Below, piece after piece: positions 21,775 through 33,400 of a stretch of DNA of 64,000 nucleotides. Made by a program: the position numbers and the translations under genes. The notes under the pieces are model-generated. The model did no database searches. It was not told the DNA's origin and saw only the letters and a program-made list of their open reading frames with translations. The DNA is from Caecitellus pseudoparvulus (taxonomy: Eukaryota > Protista > Bigyra: Bicosoecida), in assembly GCA_965644315.1 (NCBI GenBank), contig CBFFRQ010000030.1, forward strand, positions 372,001-436,000, given 5' to 3'. Position 1 is the first letter of the stretch. Each line of letters begins with the position of its first letter.

Positions 21775-24700
21775 TCACAGGAAGAAGCCCCCCTCTGCGT
21801 CAGGGCCAGAGTGCACGTGCTGCCCAGCCCACTGCACCCACTCAGGGCTGCTCACCCCGATGGGCTTCAGCAGACCGCCGCCCGGCGTGTATGTGAGGCC
21901 CTGCACACCCTTGCGGCCCGGCGTGCGAGCGGGGGTGTTGGGGGCCGACAGCGCGCCCAGCGGCTTGCGCTGCTGCGGCGGGGCTGGCGGCGGCACGGCC
22001 TGCGCTTGCTGCGCCCAGGCCTTGGCCGCTCCCACGATGCGGTGCAGTGCAGCGGTGGCGGCGGGCACGGACATGCTGCTGGCGCTGGAGGGGCCGGCGC
22101 CGCCTGTCATGGCCGTCGCCCCGGACAAGGGCAGCTCCGCCAGTGGCGCACAGCCGTCGGCTGCCGCCTCTTGAATGGCTTGCAGGGCGGCAGGGAGGTC
22201 GGCGAGCTCTGTGCCGTGGGAGGTGCTGGTGCGGGAGGGGGAGGTGGCTGCAGCTGCAGCGGGTGAGGCAGGCACCGGGGAGCCTGGTGGAGCCCGCTCA
22301 GGCAGCCCCAGTGCCTGCACGGCACTCTGCACTGCCGCTGTGAGGGTGGTCACGTCGCCTTGCAGGCGCGCCACAGCCTGTTCCCGCTGACGGAGCTCAG
22401 TGGGCGGCGTCGACGGCGTCGGCACCGGGCGCCCTTCCGTCAGGGCAGCGATGGTGGCCTTGGCCTCGGCCAGCTTGGTCTTCAGCCGCACGGTGGCAGC
22501 AACTCTGCCACGGGCAGTGAGGGCCAGCTTGGCATCCTGCAGTTGTTCGGCCAGCACCAGGATGGCGGCAGACAGCTCGCCCACTGCGCTGCGAGCGGTG
22601 GACAGCTCAGCGGCGACGGCGGCGACGGCGGCGTGGGCGCCAGTGGCGGTCTGCTGGGAGCCTGCACCCGCTGTCGTGGCCGCGGCAGCTTCCGCCCGTG
22701 CCTCTCGCAGGGCACTTCGCAAGTCAGCCACCTCCCGCTCAGCAGCGGCTGCCTGGACCGTGGCGGCATCTCGCTCCCCTCGCAGGACACGCAAGGACGC
22801 CTGGGCCGCGCAGAGGGCCTGCCGGGTCTTCTCGCCCTCCACTTCCAGCTTGGCCACTCGCCCCGTGGCAGTGGCGTTCACGCTGGCCGTCGCCTGCGAC
22901 GTGGCCTGAGCTCGCGCCAGGGCCGCCTCAGCCTCACCAGCCCGCGCCAGGGCTGCCTCCAGCTTGGCGTTGCGCTGTGCCACCATGGCTTCCAGGCGCT
23001 CCACGAGGGAGGAGTGCTTGGCTTCGGAGCTGCTGGCCTCGGCGGCCCGGGTCGCCGTTTCTTCCAGCTGCGCCGTCAGCTCCTCCACTCGGGACGACGC
23101 GACACGCAGGTCCGCGCTGAGGGTCTCCACCTGCGCCTCCAGCGCAGCTTGCGTCGTGCTGGCCACGGCAGCCGCCTCGGCCGCCGCGTCCCGGGCTTCC
23201 TTCAAGTCCACTGTCAGCGTCCCAGTGGCGCTCTGTGCGTCCGCCAGCTGGCTCTGCGCCTGCACGAGGCTGGCACGGAGGCTGGCTGCGTCGCTGCGGG
23301 AGGCCAGCAGCGCGTCATCGCGCTGCTGCAAGAGGGCCAGCACCTCCCCCGCAGGGGTGTCGGCACCTGCTGTGCCGGCGGCATCACTCTCGGCAGCCGC
23401 CTCATCCACCGGCGTGCCAGGCGCCTCACCCTGCAGCGTCGCGCGGAGCTCGGCCAGCGCCTGCGCTTGTGGCTCCAACTCCGCGATGCGGCGCTGGGCT
23501 GCCTCCAGCTGCCCCTTCACCTCCTCCACCCGTGTCTTCGCCTCGGCCTGTGCCGCCTGGGCACGGCCAGTGGCAGCCGCCGCAGCCGCCTCCGCCTCCC
23601 GCTGGCCTGCCTCCGCCAGGGCTGCCCGCCCAGCGCCCTCCTCTGCCGCTGCTGCCGCCGCATCGGCCAATGCATCAGCTGCTGCAGCAGCCCCCTCTGC
23701 TGCATCTGCGCGTTCCTTTGCCGCAGCAGCATCCGCCGCGGCAGTGCTGGCGGCAGCGTCTGCCTCTGCCGCTCGCTTCTCAGCTGCTGCAGCCGCCACT
23801 TTGGCGCTCTCCAGGGCCTCCATGACCTCGCCCAGCTCCGCCTCGGACGCAGTGCGTGCCGCAGCAGCCTCTGCGCGCACCCGCTCTAGGTCAGTCCTTG
23901 CCGCGGCAGCCTCGGCATGGGCTGCACTCACAGTCCGCTCAGCGGCCTCGGCTCGGCCGCTGGCAGCCTTCAGGGCGCCTCGGGCTTCGATCAGGTTGGT
24001 GGTCAGCTCTGCAGCAGCCATCTCGGCCTCCTGCAGCTGTCGGTGCAGGTCAGCTGCCACCTGCTGCTCAGCAGCCAGCTCGCGACGCAGGGCGCTCGCT
24101 ACAGCTGCCTCCGCCTCAGCTGCCCCCTTGGACGCCGCCAGGTCTGCTTGCGCCTCCCGCAGCTCCTGCTGCACCCGCAGCGTGGCGGCGTGCGCCTCGT
24201 CTGCGCTGCTACTGGCTGTGGAGTCGGCCTCTGCCGCCGCACGCTTCGCCGCAGCAGCTTCTGCCTCTGCCGCCACGGCACGCTGGTCCGCTGCGGCGGC
24301 CTCAGCCTCTGCCTCGGACAGCTGGCGGCGCAGGTCGGCGCAGGTCGCCTGGAACTTGCGAGACGCCTCCATATTCGTCTCGGCGTCCTCCACGGCGCTC
24401 TCCAGCTGGAACGTTGCCCGCTGGGCCTTGTGCAGGGCTGCCTTGCGCCCCTTCTCCGCCTTGTCCAGCGCCGCGTGGGCGTCGGCCAGCAGGGCGGCTG
24501 AGCTCTTGGCCTCGCTCTCCGCCTCCTCCAAGGCGCCCTGCAGAGTGGACACCTCGTCCCGAGCCAGGTCCAGATCCCCCCGCACCGCCGCCAGGGCTGC
24601 CTCCGCCTCGGCACGCTCAGCATCGGCCCGCTCGGCAAGGCACGCCGCCTCCTCACCAGCGGCGTGTGCCTCGGACAGCTGCACCTGCAGAGCGGCCAGC

Positions 24701-27224
24701 TGACGAGACAGGTCTGCGATGCGTCCCTCGGAGACAAGCAGGGTCTCCTGGGCACTGCCCGCCTCCGCCTCCGCTGCAGCGGCGGTGTCCGCCTTCGCCT
24801 GGTGGGCCAGCCCCAGCTCCCGCCGCAGGCGAGCAATGGTCAAGTCCCCTGCATCCAGGCGCACGCTCGCTTCTGCCGCGGCGGCCTCCGCCTTTTCTGC
24901 GCGGGCTGTGGCTGCCTTGGCCTCGGCGGCCGCGGCCTCCGCCTGGGCGGTGGCGGCGGCCAGGCGCCCTGCGAAGTCCTGCTCCTCTCGCCACTGCTGC
25001 ATCTTGGCGCTGCGGGCTGCCTCTGCCTCTGCGCGGGCAGCCTCAGGGTTCTCCCACCCCACTTCATGCCGGGCGAGGGCAGCGCTGAGGGCAGCCCGCT
25101 CGCGCCGGAGGGCATCCAACTCGGCCAGTGCAGCGTCCATGCTGCCGGCCAGGGCGGCCTGAGGGGAGGCGCCCTCGTGGCGGGCTGCCCACAGGCGTGC
25201 CACGGCGGTGGGCGTGTACGTGAGGGTGGACGGCAGGGGCAGGGCTGACGTGCTCCGCACCACTGTGTCCTCCTCCTCGCCCTCCTCAGCTGTCGGCTCG
25301 GCCAGGGCGAGGGGGGCGTCCACCTCCGCCAAGTCGTCGATGAGCATGCGCAGGCGCACCGCCTCGGGGTTGCAGCACACCAGCTTCTGCAGGGCAGAGA
25401 TCTCCTCGGCAGCCTCTGGCGGGGTGAGGACCAGGTCCCCCCCCTGCCCCTGCGCCCGGGCCAGAGCAGCCTCACGCAGCTTCAGCCGCAGGTTTTGCGC
25501 CGCACGCACCTCCTCCAGGCGGTGCACCAGCTCGGAGTACTGCTCCAGTGCGGACGTCAGCTCCTGCACACGGGATTCAGAGGCGGCCGCCGCAGCAGAG
25601 GCCGCTGCCGCTGTTGCCCGTGCAGCAGCCAGCTCTGCCGCCGCACTGGCGGCCGCGGAGAGGGAGCCAAGCGGGGGCAGCCCCGTGTCTGTCGCATCGG
25701 CATGGGCCTTGGCCAGCAGCTCCAGAGCCAGGCCTGCTGGCAGCGACGTGTGGTCAGGGGAGGCACCCGCGTCCCCCGCCCCTGCCCGGCTGGCAGCACG
25801 GTGTGAAGCTGCCAGGGCTTGGAAGAGGGCTTCCATCTTGGCGAGGGAGGGCGCCACCGCCGCCACGGCCAGAGCAGCGGGGGTGCAGGCGCCCTGTGCG
25901 TGGGCTGTGCCGTCTGCTGCGGCTCCACCGGACGTGATGGCTGTGCGTGCCTCGGCCAGGGCGGCTTGGAGGCGGCGCACCTCCGCCTGCAGCAGGGCGA
26001 AGGAGCCGGCCGTGTCCTCATTCACGACGGCCTGGTTCTTCACGAGCTTGGCACGGGAGGCGAACTTGAGGGTGGAGAGGGTCTCCCCGAAGGCCTCCTC
26101 TGCAGGGGACACCGTGGCCACCAGGAACGTCTTGGAGTTGCCGCCCAGGCTGTCCCGCAGGAGAAACGTGAGCTTCGAATTGCGGTAGGGCACGTGCGCG
26201 ACGCTGCGCCCGCTGGACACCGCCGCCAGGGCCTGGATGACGTTGCCCAGCTCGGACAGGGACTTGTTGATGTTGGAGGCCTCCCGGAGGCGGGCGCCCT
26301 CGGCCCCCGTGCCCTTCTGGCGCTCTGAGCCAGCCAGGTCGATGAGGTTGAAGCGCGCGTGGCGCGTCTTGGTCAGACCACTGGCCTCTGTCTCGCGACA
26401 CTCAATGCGCAGGGTGAACACGGAGTGGGAGCGGGAGGAATGGCGGTTCATGGCGGTGGCGCCAATGTGGCGGTTGCGGGCGCCCCGCTTCATCAACGCC
26501 AGGGCGTCCTCAGGGCACGCCACCTCCTCCTCAGTCAGCCCGTCCACATACACACCCTTATCAGAGTCCTCCCGCAGAGCTGTGCAGGGGGGGCGGCGCG
26601 TCGTTCACGTGTGCCGCACGATGCCGTGTCAGCCACGTTGCCCGTCTTCCTGCGCACCTAGGTTGGTGCTGGCTGCGTCCAGCAGGTCGATGATGCGCTC
26701 ATTGTAAATCTCCAAGAAGGAGCACTTGGTCGTATACGACACCTTGGATCCCTTCTCAGCCTGGGAGAGGGAGGAACAGGCGCAGGGCGAGGTGCAGAAG
26801 TGAGCAGCGCGTCCGTTACCAGCTTCATTTTCCGCACCTGACCCGTTCGCTGGGAAGTCGTCGCGAAGAGGTGCCGCAGCACGCGAGGCAGGAGGCCAGC
26901 CTCGTCTCCATTCCCCTCTCCTAGAATTGTGTGTGTTTTCCCGCTGCCAGTCTGCCCGTACGCAAAGACAGTGCCGTGGAAGCCTGCCGCACATGCCTCT
27001 GTCAAGGGTCGTCCCACAGCCTCGAACAAGTCACTCTGAGCCGTGTCCGGGCCAAACACGCGGTCATAGGTGAAGTCCTTCACAGAAGCGCCCTTCAGTG
27101 CCACTGTGCGCGCGTCATCTTGCACTTCCAGCACGCTGGCGCTGCCTGCCTCGCGCTTGCTGAGCGGGCGCAGGCGACACACCACCTGGATGGTCTCCGC
27201 ACCTCCGCCGTCACTGGCAGACAT
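21775..27224 (-). CDS. Kinesin-12 (KIF15-like) N-terminal motor with very long Ala/Glu coiled-coil tail, 3 exons
   Basis: P-loop YGQTGSGKT, SFLEIYNE, NRHSSRSH, LIDLAGSER, HVPYRNSKLTFLLRDSLGGNSKT, and the neck ETLSTLKFASRAKLVKNQAVVNED typical of kinesin-12. Confidence 0.92.
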
Positions 27225-27370
27225 GGTGCCAGGTCGGCAAGTCGGCGTGAACTGCAGCGCTGGCGCCGCTATGCAGGGTGAGTGGCCGGCGATTTCGTGA
27301 TTTGTTGGAGGCTGCCATTACATTGCTGGCGCAACGTTGGCAGGTGAACATGCAGGGTCAAACGAGCAGG

Positions 27371-28584
27371 TCAGTGCTGCTTGGTTTTGAGCTGCATGGC
27401 GCCGCCTCCCGGCGGGCCCACCCCCTCCTCGTCGCTGTCTTCCCACGTCTCGTCCACCTTGACGCCGTCGTCGACGCCGATGATGTGCACGGGCAGCTTG
27501 CGAGCCATGCGAGCCAAGAAACGCGGGTTGGTGCCAAAGAGCCAATCCAGCAGGCCCAGCTCGGTGCCGTAGCACTCATAGGTCACCTCGTGGTGCCAGT
27601 CGTGTGCGTTGGGCTGTGGCAGCCAGGGGGACAGGTTGTACCCCGAGTGCACGACAGTCGTCTGCACGAGGCCATACGAAGTCCAGAGGCACTGCACCAG
27701 CGGGTGGCAGTTGAACAGCAGGGGGCCCAGCACGACAGGGCCCAGGTTTGACAGCAAGTGCTCCACGGGGTGGGCATACTTGGAGGTCAGGGCTGCCGGG
27801 GACTTGAACGTGTGGTGCATCTTGTGGATCCACTGCGGGCGGGAAGTGCGGATGGGCAGGTGACGTGGTGGCCGCGACGCTTGCTGTGCGAAACACGCAC
27901 CTTGTACAGGGGCGGCTGGTGCACCAGGCGGTGCGTGACGTAGAAGCCCGTCTCTTCAATCAACACCCAGAACAGCAAGCTGCCCACAGCCAGCATGGGT
28001 GAGGGCATGGTGTGGCAGGCGTCCTCTGTCCACGCACAGTGGCCAATGGCTGGCCAGACGAACTCGTAAATGGACCAGATGAGGAGCGGCTCGATGATGA
28101 AGGTGTTGAACCCCGTCACGAGGGCTGCCTGTGCATACTCTGCCACGGTGGGGCGAGGAGACGACTGCGCAGGGGGGGAGGGCGCTTCGCAGGGTGCTGC
28201 CGGCGCACGCTGTGCCGCCACGTCAACGCCACTTCAACGCACTGGCTGAACCTTGAGAGCCTTCACGGCTGGGTGGTTGTACAGGCACAGGTCCAACACG
28301 GCGAAGAAGGCGCTGTTGACGTAGTACACGATGTTGGGGACGACGATGACGAGAAACACCGTGGCAGCCTTGGGGCCGCCTGCGGAATTCGACAGGGCGC
28401 TCCACACATCACGCCCCACATCAGTGTCAAGGCATGCCGCTGCGGCCAGTGTGACAATGAAAAGGAACAGTTCCGACAGCGGCCTTGCGGGGGGGTCCAC
28501 AGACTTGACCCGCAGCGCCTTGCCAGTGCTGGGCGCCACTTCCTTCTTCGACCTGTGATGGATCGGACGCTCCACTGCTGTCAT
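27371..28584 (-). CDS. Fatty-acid hydroxylase/sterol desaturase superfamily protein (FAXDC2/methylsterol-oxidase-like), copy A; introns 28165-28242 and 27833-27900
   Basis: Di-iron His boxes HRLVH, HKMHH and HDWHH, plus YAHPVEH and HSGY. Confidence 0.9.
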
Positions 28585-29216
28585 CCTGCTTGCTGTGGCG
28601 GGCCGGGGCGCTTGCACAGGCTGCTTGCAAGCAAGCCAATCAATCGGTCACCAAGTGCGACGCAGGTTCTCACATCGGGTGGCATGTGCGCAAGTCCTGC
28701 GTGGCGTGGATTTGCTCGAAAGGTGGTGAATGGCCGTGAGCACTTCTCGGGCGTTTCTTGGACACTGCGCCTGCCTGAATCCGGGCCGTGGGCTCTTCCC
28801 AGACGCCCTGGGCGCACTGGCGGCTCCAACATGCTCATACAAGGGCATCGCACGCTCAGTGGGGCGTGCCATGATTTGCGCTGCGTTGGGCAGGGGAATC
28901 GTGCTGGCTGCGACGAGCACGTGTTGACTTACGTTTGCAGCAGGGCGGCCGACTGAATCCTGCCCATGACAGCCAACCAGGTGCCCGCACTGCTGCCCAG
29001 CCGGCTCCTTGGACCGTTGCCTTGATGTGTGTTCAGGCAGCTTCGCGAGTCGGAGCTTGGCGGGGAGGCTGCGGTTCAGTGCGCCGTGCCAAGCCACTTT
29101 CCTGCCTCACTGCAACCCCGCCACATGGAGGTGTCGCTCCCCATGGCCAAGGTCAAGGCTGCGAGATTCAATTCCGCTCAGGGCGCCGAGCTTCGCTTCT
29201 TTGACGCAGCATCAGG

Positions 29217-30386
29217 ATGGACCAGCGTCGCACGGGCAGCACAGCGGCAGGGGCCAAGACCATCCGCGTGAAAAGCGTGAACCCGCCTCCCAAGAGTGAC
29301 ACAGTATGGTCTGACCTGGCCATCTTCGGGACGGTGTTACTGTCCATGGCGCTGTTCTTACAGACGCCGTGGGCTGCATCGGCGTGGTCAGCCTTCCTCG
29401 CGTTGCCGGGCATTGACGGCGACGCTCGCTGGGGAAGCCTAGTCATGCTTTGGCTCCCGAACCTCCTGGTGTACTACCCGTACTCGGCGATGTACGCTGT
29501 CATTGATCTGTGCTTCCATGACGCCTTCAAGCACAAGAAGGTGCAGCCGGTGAGGGTTCAATTTCCGCTCGATCCCGCACGCTCCCTGCGCCGGCTTTCC
29601 CACCTCACTGGGCCCGCTCCCCGTGTGCAGACATCTCCAAGGCCAACTGTGGCTCAGTATGTGGATGCAGCTCTGGTCACTGGCATGAACACCTTCATCG
29701 TGGAGCCGTTTCTCATGTGCGTGACTGCGGCGTGTGCCGGGCAGCACAAAGTGCCTCACGCTGCGCGGTCCCACTCGCACAGGTTCCTTCTGTTCAAGTA
29801 CGGCTGGCCCGCGTGGGGGCACTGCGCATGGACGGAGGATGCCTGCCGCACCATGCCCTCCTTGCCATGGGCCCTGCTCAGCGTGGTCGTCTTTGTGCTA
29901 TGTTTTGAAGTGGGCTTCTACTCAACACATCGACTGGGGCACCAGCGCCCACTGTATGCGTGGATCCACAAGTTGCACCACACGTTCAAGTCCCCGGCGG
30001 CCCTGACGGCCAAGTACGCCCACCCCGTGGAGCACACCTTTTCCAACCTGATGCCCCTGCTGGCTGGGCCGCTGTTGATGGGTGCGCACCCCCTCCTCAC
30101 ACTTGCCTGGGTTTCTGCGGGGCTGTTCCAGACTTGCACTGGGCACTCCGGGTACTGGCTGTCCCCCACCCTGCCCACCTCCCACATGCACGACTGGCAC
30201 CACGAGGTCACGCACGAGTGCTACGGCACCATCGGCCTGCTGGACGGCATTCTCGGAACTGCCGCGCGGTTCACTGCCCGGCGGCAGGGCAAGCTGCCCG
30301 TGCACATCATCGGCGTTGACGACGGCGTCAAGGAGGACGAGACGTGGGAGGACAGCGACGGAGAGGGGCACAGCAAGACTGCTTAA
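29217..30386 (+). CDS. Fatty-acid hydroxylase/sterol desaturase superfamily protein, copy B; introns 29550-29630 and 29717-29782
   Basis: HRLGH, HKLHH, YAHPVEH, HSGY, HDWHH. The C-terminus KLPVHIIGVDDGVKxDETWEDSD is shared with copy A. Confidence 0.9.
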   Translation: MDQRRTGSTAAGAKTIRVKSVNPPPKSDTVWSDLAIFGTVLLSMALFLQTPWAASAWSAFLALPGIDGDARWGSLVMLWLPNLLVYYPYSAMYAVIDLCFHDAFKHKKVQPVRVQFPLDPARSLRRLSHLTGPAPRVQTSPRPTVAQYVDAALVTGMNTFIVEPFLMCVTAACAGQHKVPHAARSHSHRFLLFKYGWPAWGHCAWTEDACRTMPSLPWALLSVVVFVLCFEVGFYSTHRLGHQRPLYAWIHKLHHTFKSPAALTAKYAHPVEHTFSNLMPLLAGPLLMGAHPLLTLAWVSAGLFQTCTGHSGYWLSPTLPTSHMHDWHHEVTHECYGTIGLLDGILGTAARFTARRQGKLPVHIIGVDDGVKEDETWEDSDGEGHSKTA

Positions 30387-30392
30387 TGCATT
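30385..30392. promoter_or_regulatory. Palindromic AATGCATT, candidate 3'-end/polyadenylation signal between convergent genes
   Basis: Overlaps the copy-B TAA and lies 32 nt past the stop of the opposite gene. The same hexamer occurs at several other gene ends. Confidence 0.4.
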
Positions 30393-30423
30393 GTGCACGC
30401 GTGAGCCGTGCAGCGAGACCACT

Positions 30424-33400
30424 TCACCCCTGGACCTCTGGCTCAGTGGGTGGGGAGTCACTGTGTCCACCCGCAGCGCCGGCTGACCCCGCCCCATGCT
30501 CGGGAACCAACGCGTGCAAGCCCCATCCCGCCGCCAGCACCGCCAGCGCATGTGCTTGTACCATGCCTGGGGCTGCCGAGGGCAGCACCCGGGGAGATGC
30601 TTGGGCCAGCGCCCACACCCGTGCGCTGGCCCTGGCGGAGCGTGCGGCAGGGTCAGTGCACACTTCTGCTGCAGTCGCCCCCGGCCCATGCACTGGCAAG
30701 ATCAGCGTGGCAGGAAGGACGGCTGCGTTTGGGACAGACCGGCAGCTCAAGAGGCACGTGAGAATATGTGCAACCCGCACTGCCGTTTCCAGCGCCAGAA
30801 TGGCTGCGACGGGGTGCTGTGCGGCCCACGCGGCATGGGCTGCCGGGGCAGCAGCCCATGCCTGCACATGCCCCTGCAACCATTGAATCATGCGCGACAC
30901 GCCGCTTGTCGACTCATCGGGGGTGGGGGCCGGCTCACTGCCACCGGCAGTCGAGCATGGCCGCTCGATGTCGGGCAAAGTGACGCAGAGCACATCCAAC
31001 ACATCGTCCATGGCAACAATCAGCTGTAGGTCCACCGCACTGAGCAAGGGGGTGATGGAGGCAGCCAGCATCGAGCCTACGCCCACGAGGGAGCTCCACG
31101 CATCTTGCAGGCCTTGCAGGGAAGGCGGCATGTCTGGCTGGCCGACCGGCATGTCCGGTAGCGCCCCTGGCCAGGGGAAGCCGGACACGCCGTCTGCAGG
31201 CACCCTGCTCGCAGGGTCCTCGCCCAAGTAGGCTGTGTAGGCGCCTTCAGAGGCGGGGGAGGAACCCACGGAGTGGCCGCCTCCCAGCCAGTGGCGCATG
31301 CCGAACAACGACGAGCCAGCAGCCCCAGGTTGTGCGAAGCCTTCGCTGTCCCAGGACATTGCGCTGTCGTGCCCCGCACTTTCAACGCGCCCCAGTGCAG
31401 GGGGGGCGGTGCTTGGCTCCGGGAGTGGTGTGTGGCCGCCCTGGTCCAGCGCGCCCTCCACTGCCTCGTTCACGTCTGGCTGCAGCACTCCCATGAATGC
31501 CGCACAGCGCACAGTGCCCAGCTGCTCCAGGTGGCCCAGCTTTCGCAGGAGGTCTGCCACTGCTGCCACCATGTCAGGCCGGGCGGCAAGGCGAGGGGCC
31601 AGACATCGGTGCCACAGGGCACTCCGTCGCCACAGCTCCAGGCGTTGCAAGTACCGCCCCAGCGCATCCCGGGAGCCGCTGCCAGTGGCCCACTGCCCGA
31701 CGGATTCCTGCAGCGCAGCCAGGCTTCGAGGAACGCGCACGGGCCGACCAAGCACCTTTTCTGTCCGTGCCTGTGCCTCTTCTACGATGCGTGTGCCCAG
31801 CGGCGCCAGCACACCGCTCCACGACGCAAAGCCATCCTCCCCGGCCAGAGTCTCTGCCAACGGCAGGTGCAGCGTGAAGTCGCCCTCGCTGATGACCAGG
31901 CAGCACTCAAGGGGTGTTGCCGCCACAGCTCCAGCGAAGTTCGCGGCGTACACTGCTTCGCCATCTTGGGTGATGTGCCGTTGAGTGGAGGGAGCGCCCG
32001 CCACCTGCAGGATGACATGCTTGCACACGGCATCCAGCCAGGCCAAGGCTCGCCGAATGAACGGCAACAGGAGGGCTGGGCACTTCCTGTCCAAGCCCCA
32101 AGCTGCGCAGGCATGCGTGCATGTCGTGGTCTGCAGTGGCGGCACGCGCTGAGGGCGGCTTCCGTGCCCGAGGTTGAGCGTGGCAGCCGTGCCCGGCGCA
32201 GGCACCTCTGCCCCCACGCCAGCCGACACAGTCATGGCGGGAGAACCGACGATGCGATGCATGACTTGGGAGCTCTCAAAGACGTGCAGGGGGCTGGCAC
32301 CTGCCTCTGCCCAGGTGTCGCAGGCTGTCTGAGCGGCTTGCGACGCCTGCGTGACAGCCACGCCGCCCGAGTCAGGGCCGAGCTCAGCGACAGCGCTGTG
32401 CCCCATGCCAGGCCCAGACTGGTACACCGTGCGACGAGACCTGCTTGCTCGCCACTCCTCGTCGTACCGGCGCTCGTACGAGGTGGTGTGCCCCGTCTCG
32501 CTGTTCACTGACGGGCACGCTTCCCCTGCCGCGTACAGGCTGGGTGCGCCAGGCAGGGCTAGCGCACGGGCCGGGCCCCAAGTCATGTCGAAGGGGCTGA
32601 CACCCCACGCTGTGGCAGCCGTGTGGGCTGTGAGGCGCTGCTGCTCAGCGGGCAGGTGCGCGGTGAGGTCGCTGCCTGCGCGCCTGTGCTGCCCCGGCTC
32701 CACCGCCACAGGACCCTGCTGCACCCCCCGCAGGCAGGGCACGACGAAAGACAGGAGGAAATGCCACACCACCAGAAGGACGTCCATCCAGAACGGCGGG
32801 GTGGACTCTTCATACGCTGCGAAAGGCTGGGCGGGGGTGTGCCGTGCCGCTTGAGCTCTGGGGGTGGGCGACGAGCCGCCGCCGCGCAGATGGGCAGCAT
32901 GTACACGATCGGGAGCAGTGTCTTCGCTTTCTGACCTTGAGAACGAGGTTGATGCAGGGGTTGGGGGCTTCCAGGAACCTGCGGAATACAGACCGGCCAC
33001 AAACGACCCCGCTCGCTCACGAACCGGGCTCTGAGTGGTGCCGCTCTGCACGGGGTGGGAGAAGTGCAGGCACCGTGCCACAGGCGCCATGGTGCCTGCC
33101 CACACGAGGGAGTGGTAATGGCCGAGTGTGGCAGGGCTGGACCCCAGCAGGGCCGTGGCAGCCTGCAGGCGCCGCCACACCCCCGCGGCGTACCCCTTCA
33201 CATCCCAGAGCTGCTCCACAGGCTCCTCACCCACGGGGTACGCAGTGGGCTGCGGGTCACAATCCACCCCTTGATCAGTGATTTCGTCTCTCCCCGCCCG
33301 TGGGCGCTCTGCCAGCTGCTGCAGGCTGGGTGGCAGGGCAGGGCCCATGCGGCGCGCAGGCGCCAGCACCGCACGCAAACAAGCCACAAACGTATGCAGC

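Noticed and set aside
21800-26700. Long + strand ORFs (up to 579 aa) antisense to the kinesin; likewise 13956-15437, 45788-47551 and 57450-58892
   Set aside because: Shadow ORFs expected from very high GC and biased codon usage. They contain no motifs, and the opposite strand carries the real genes.
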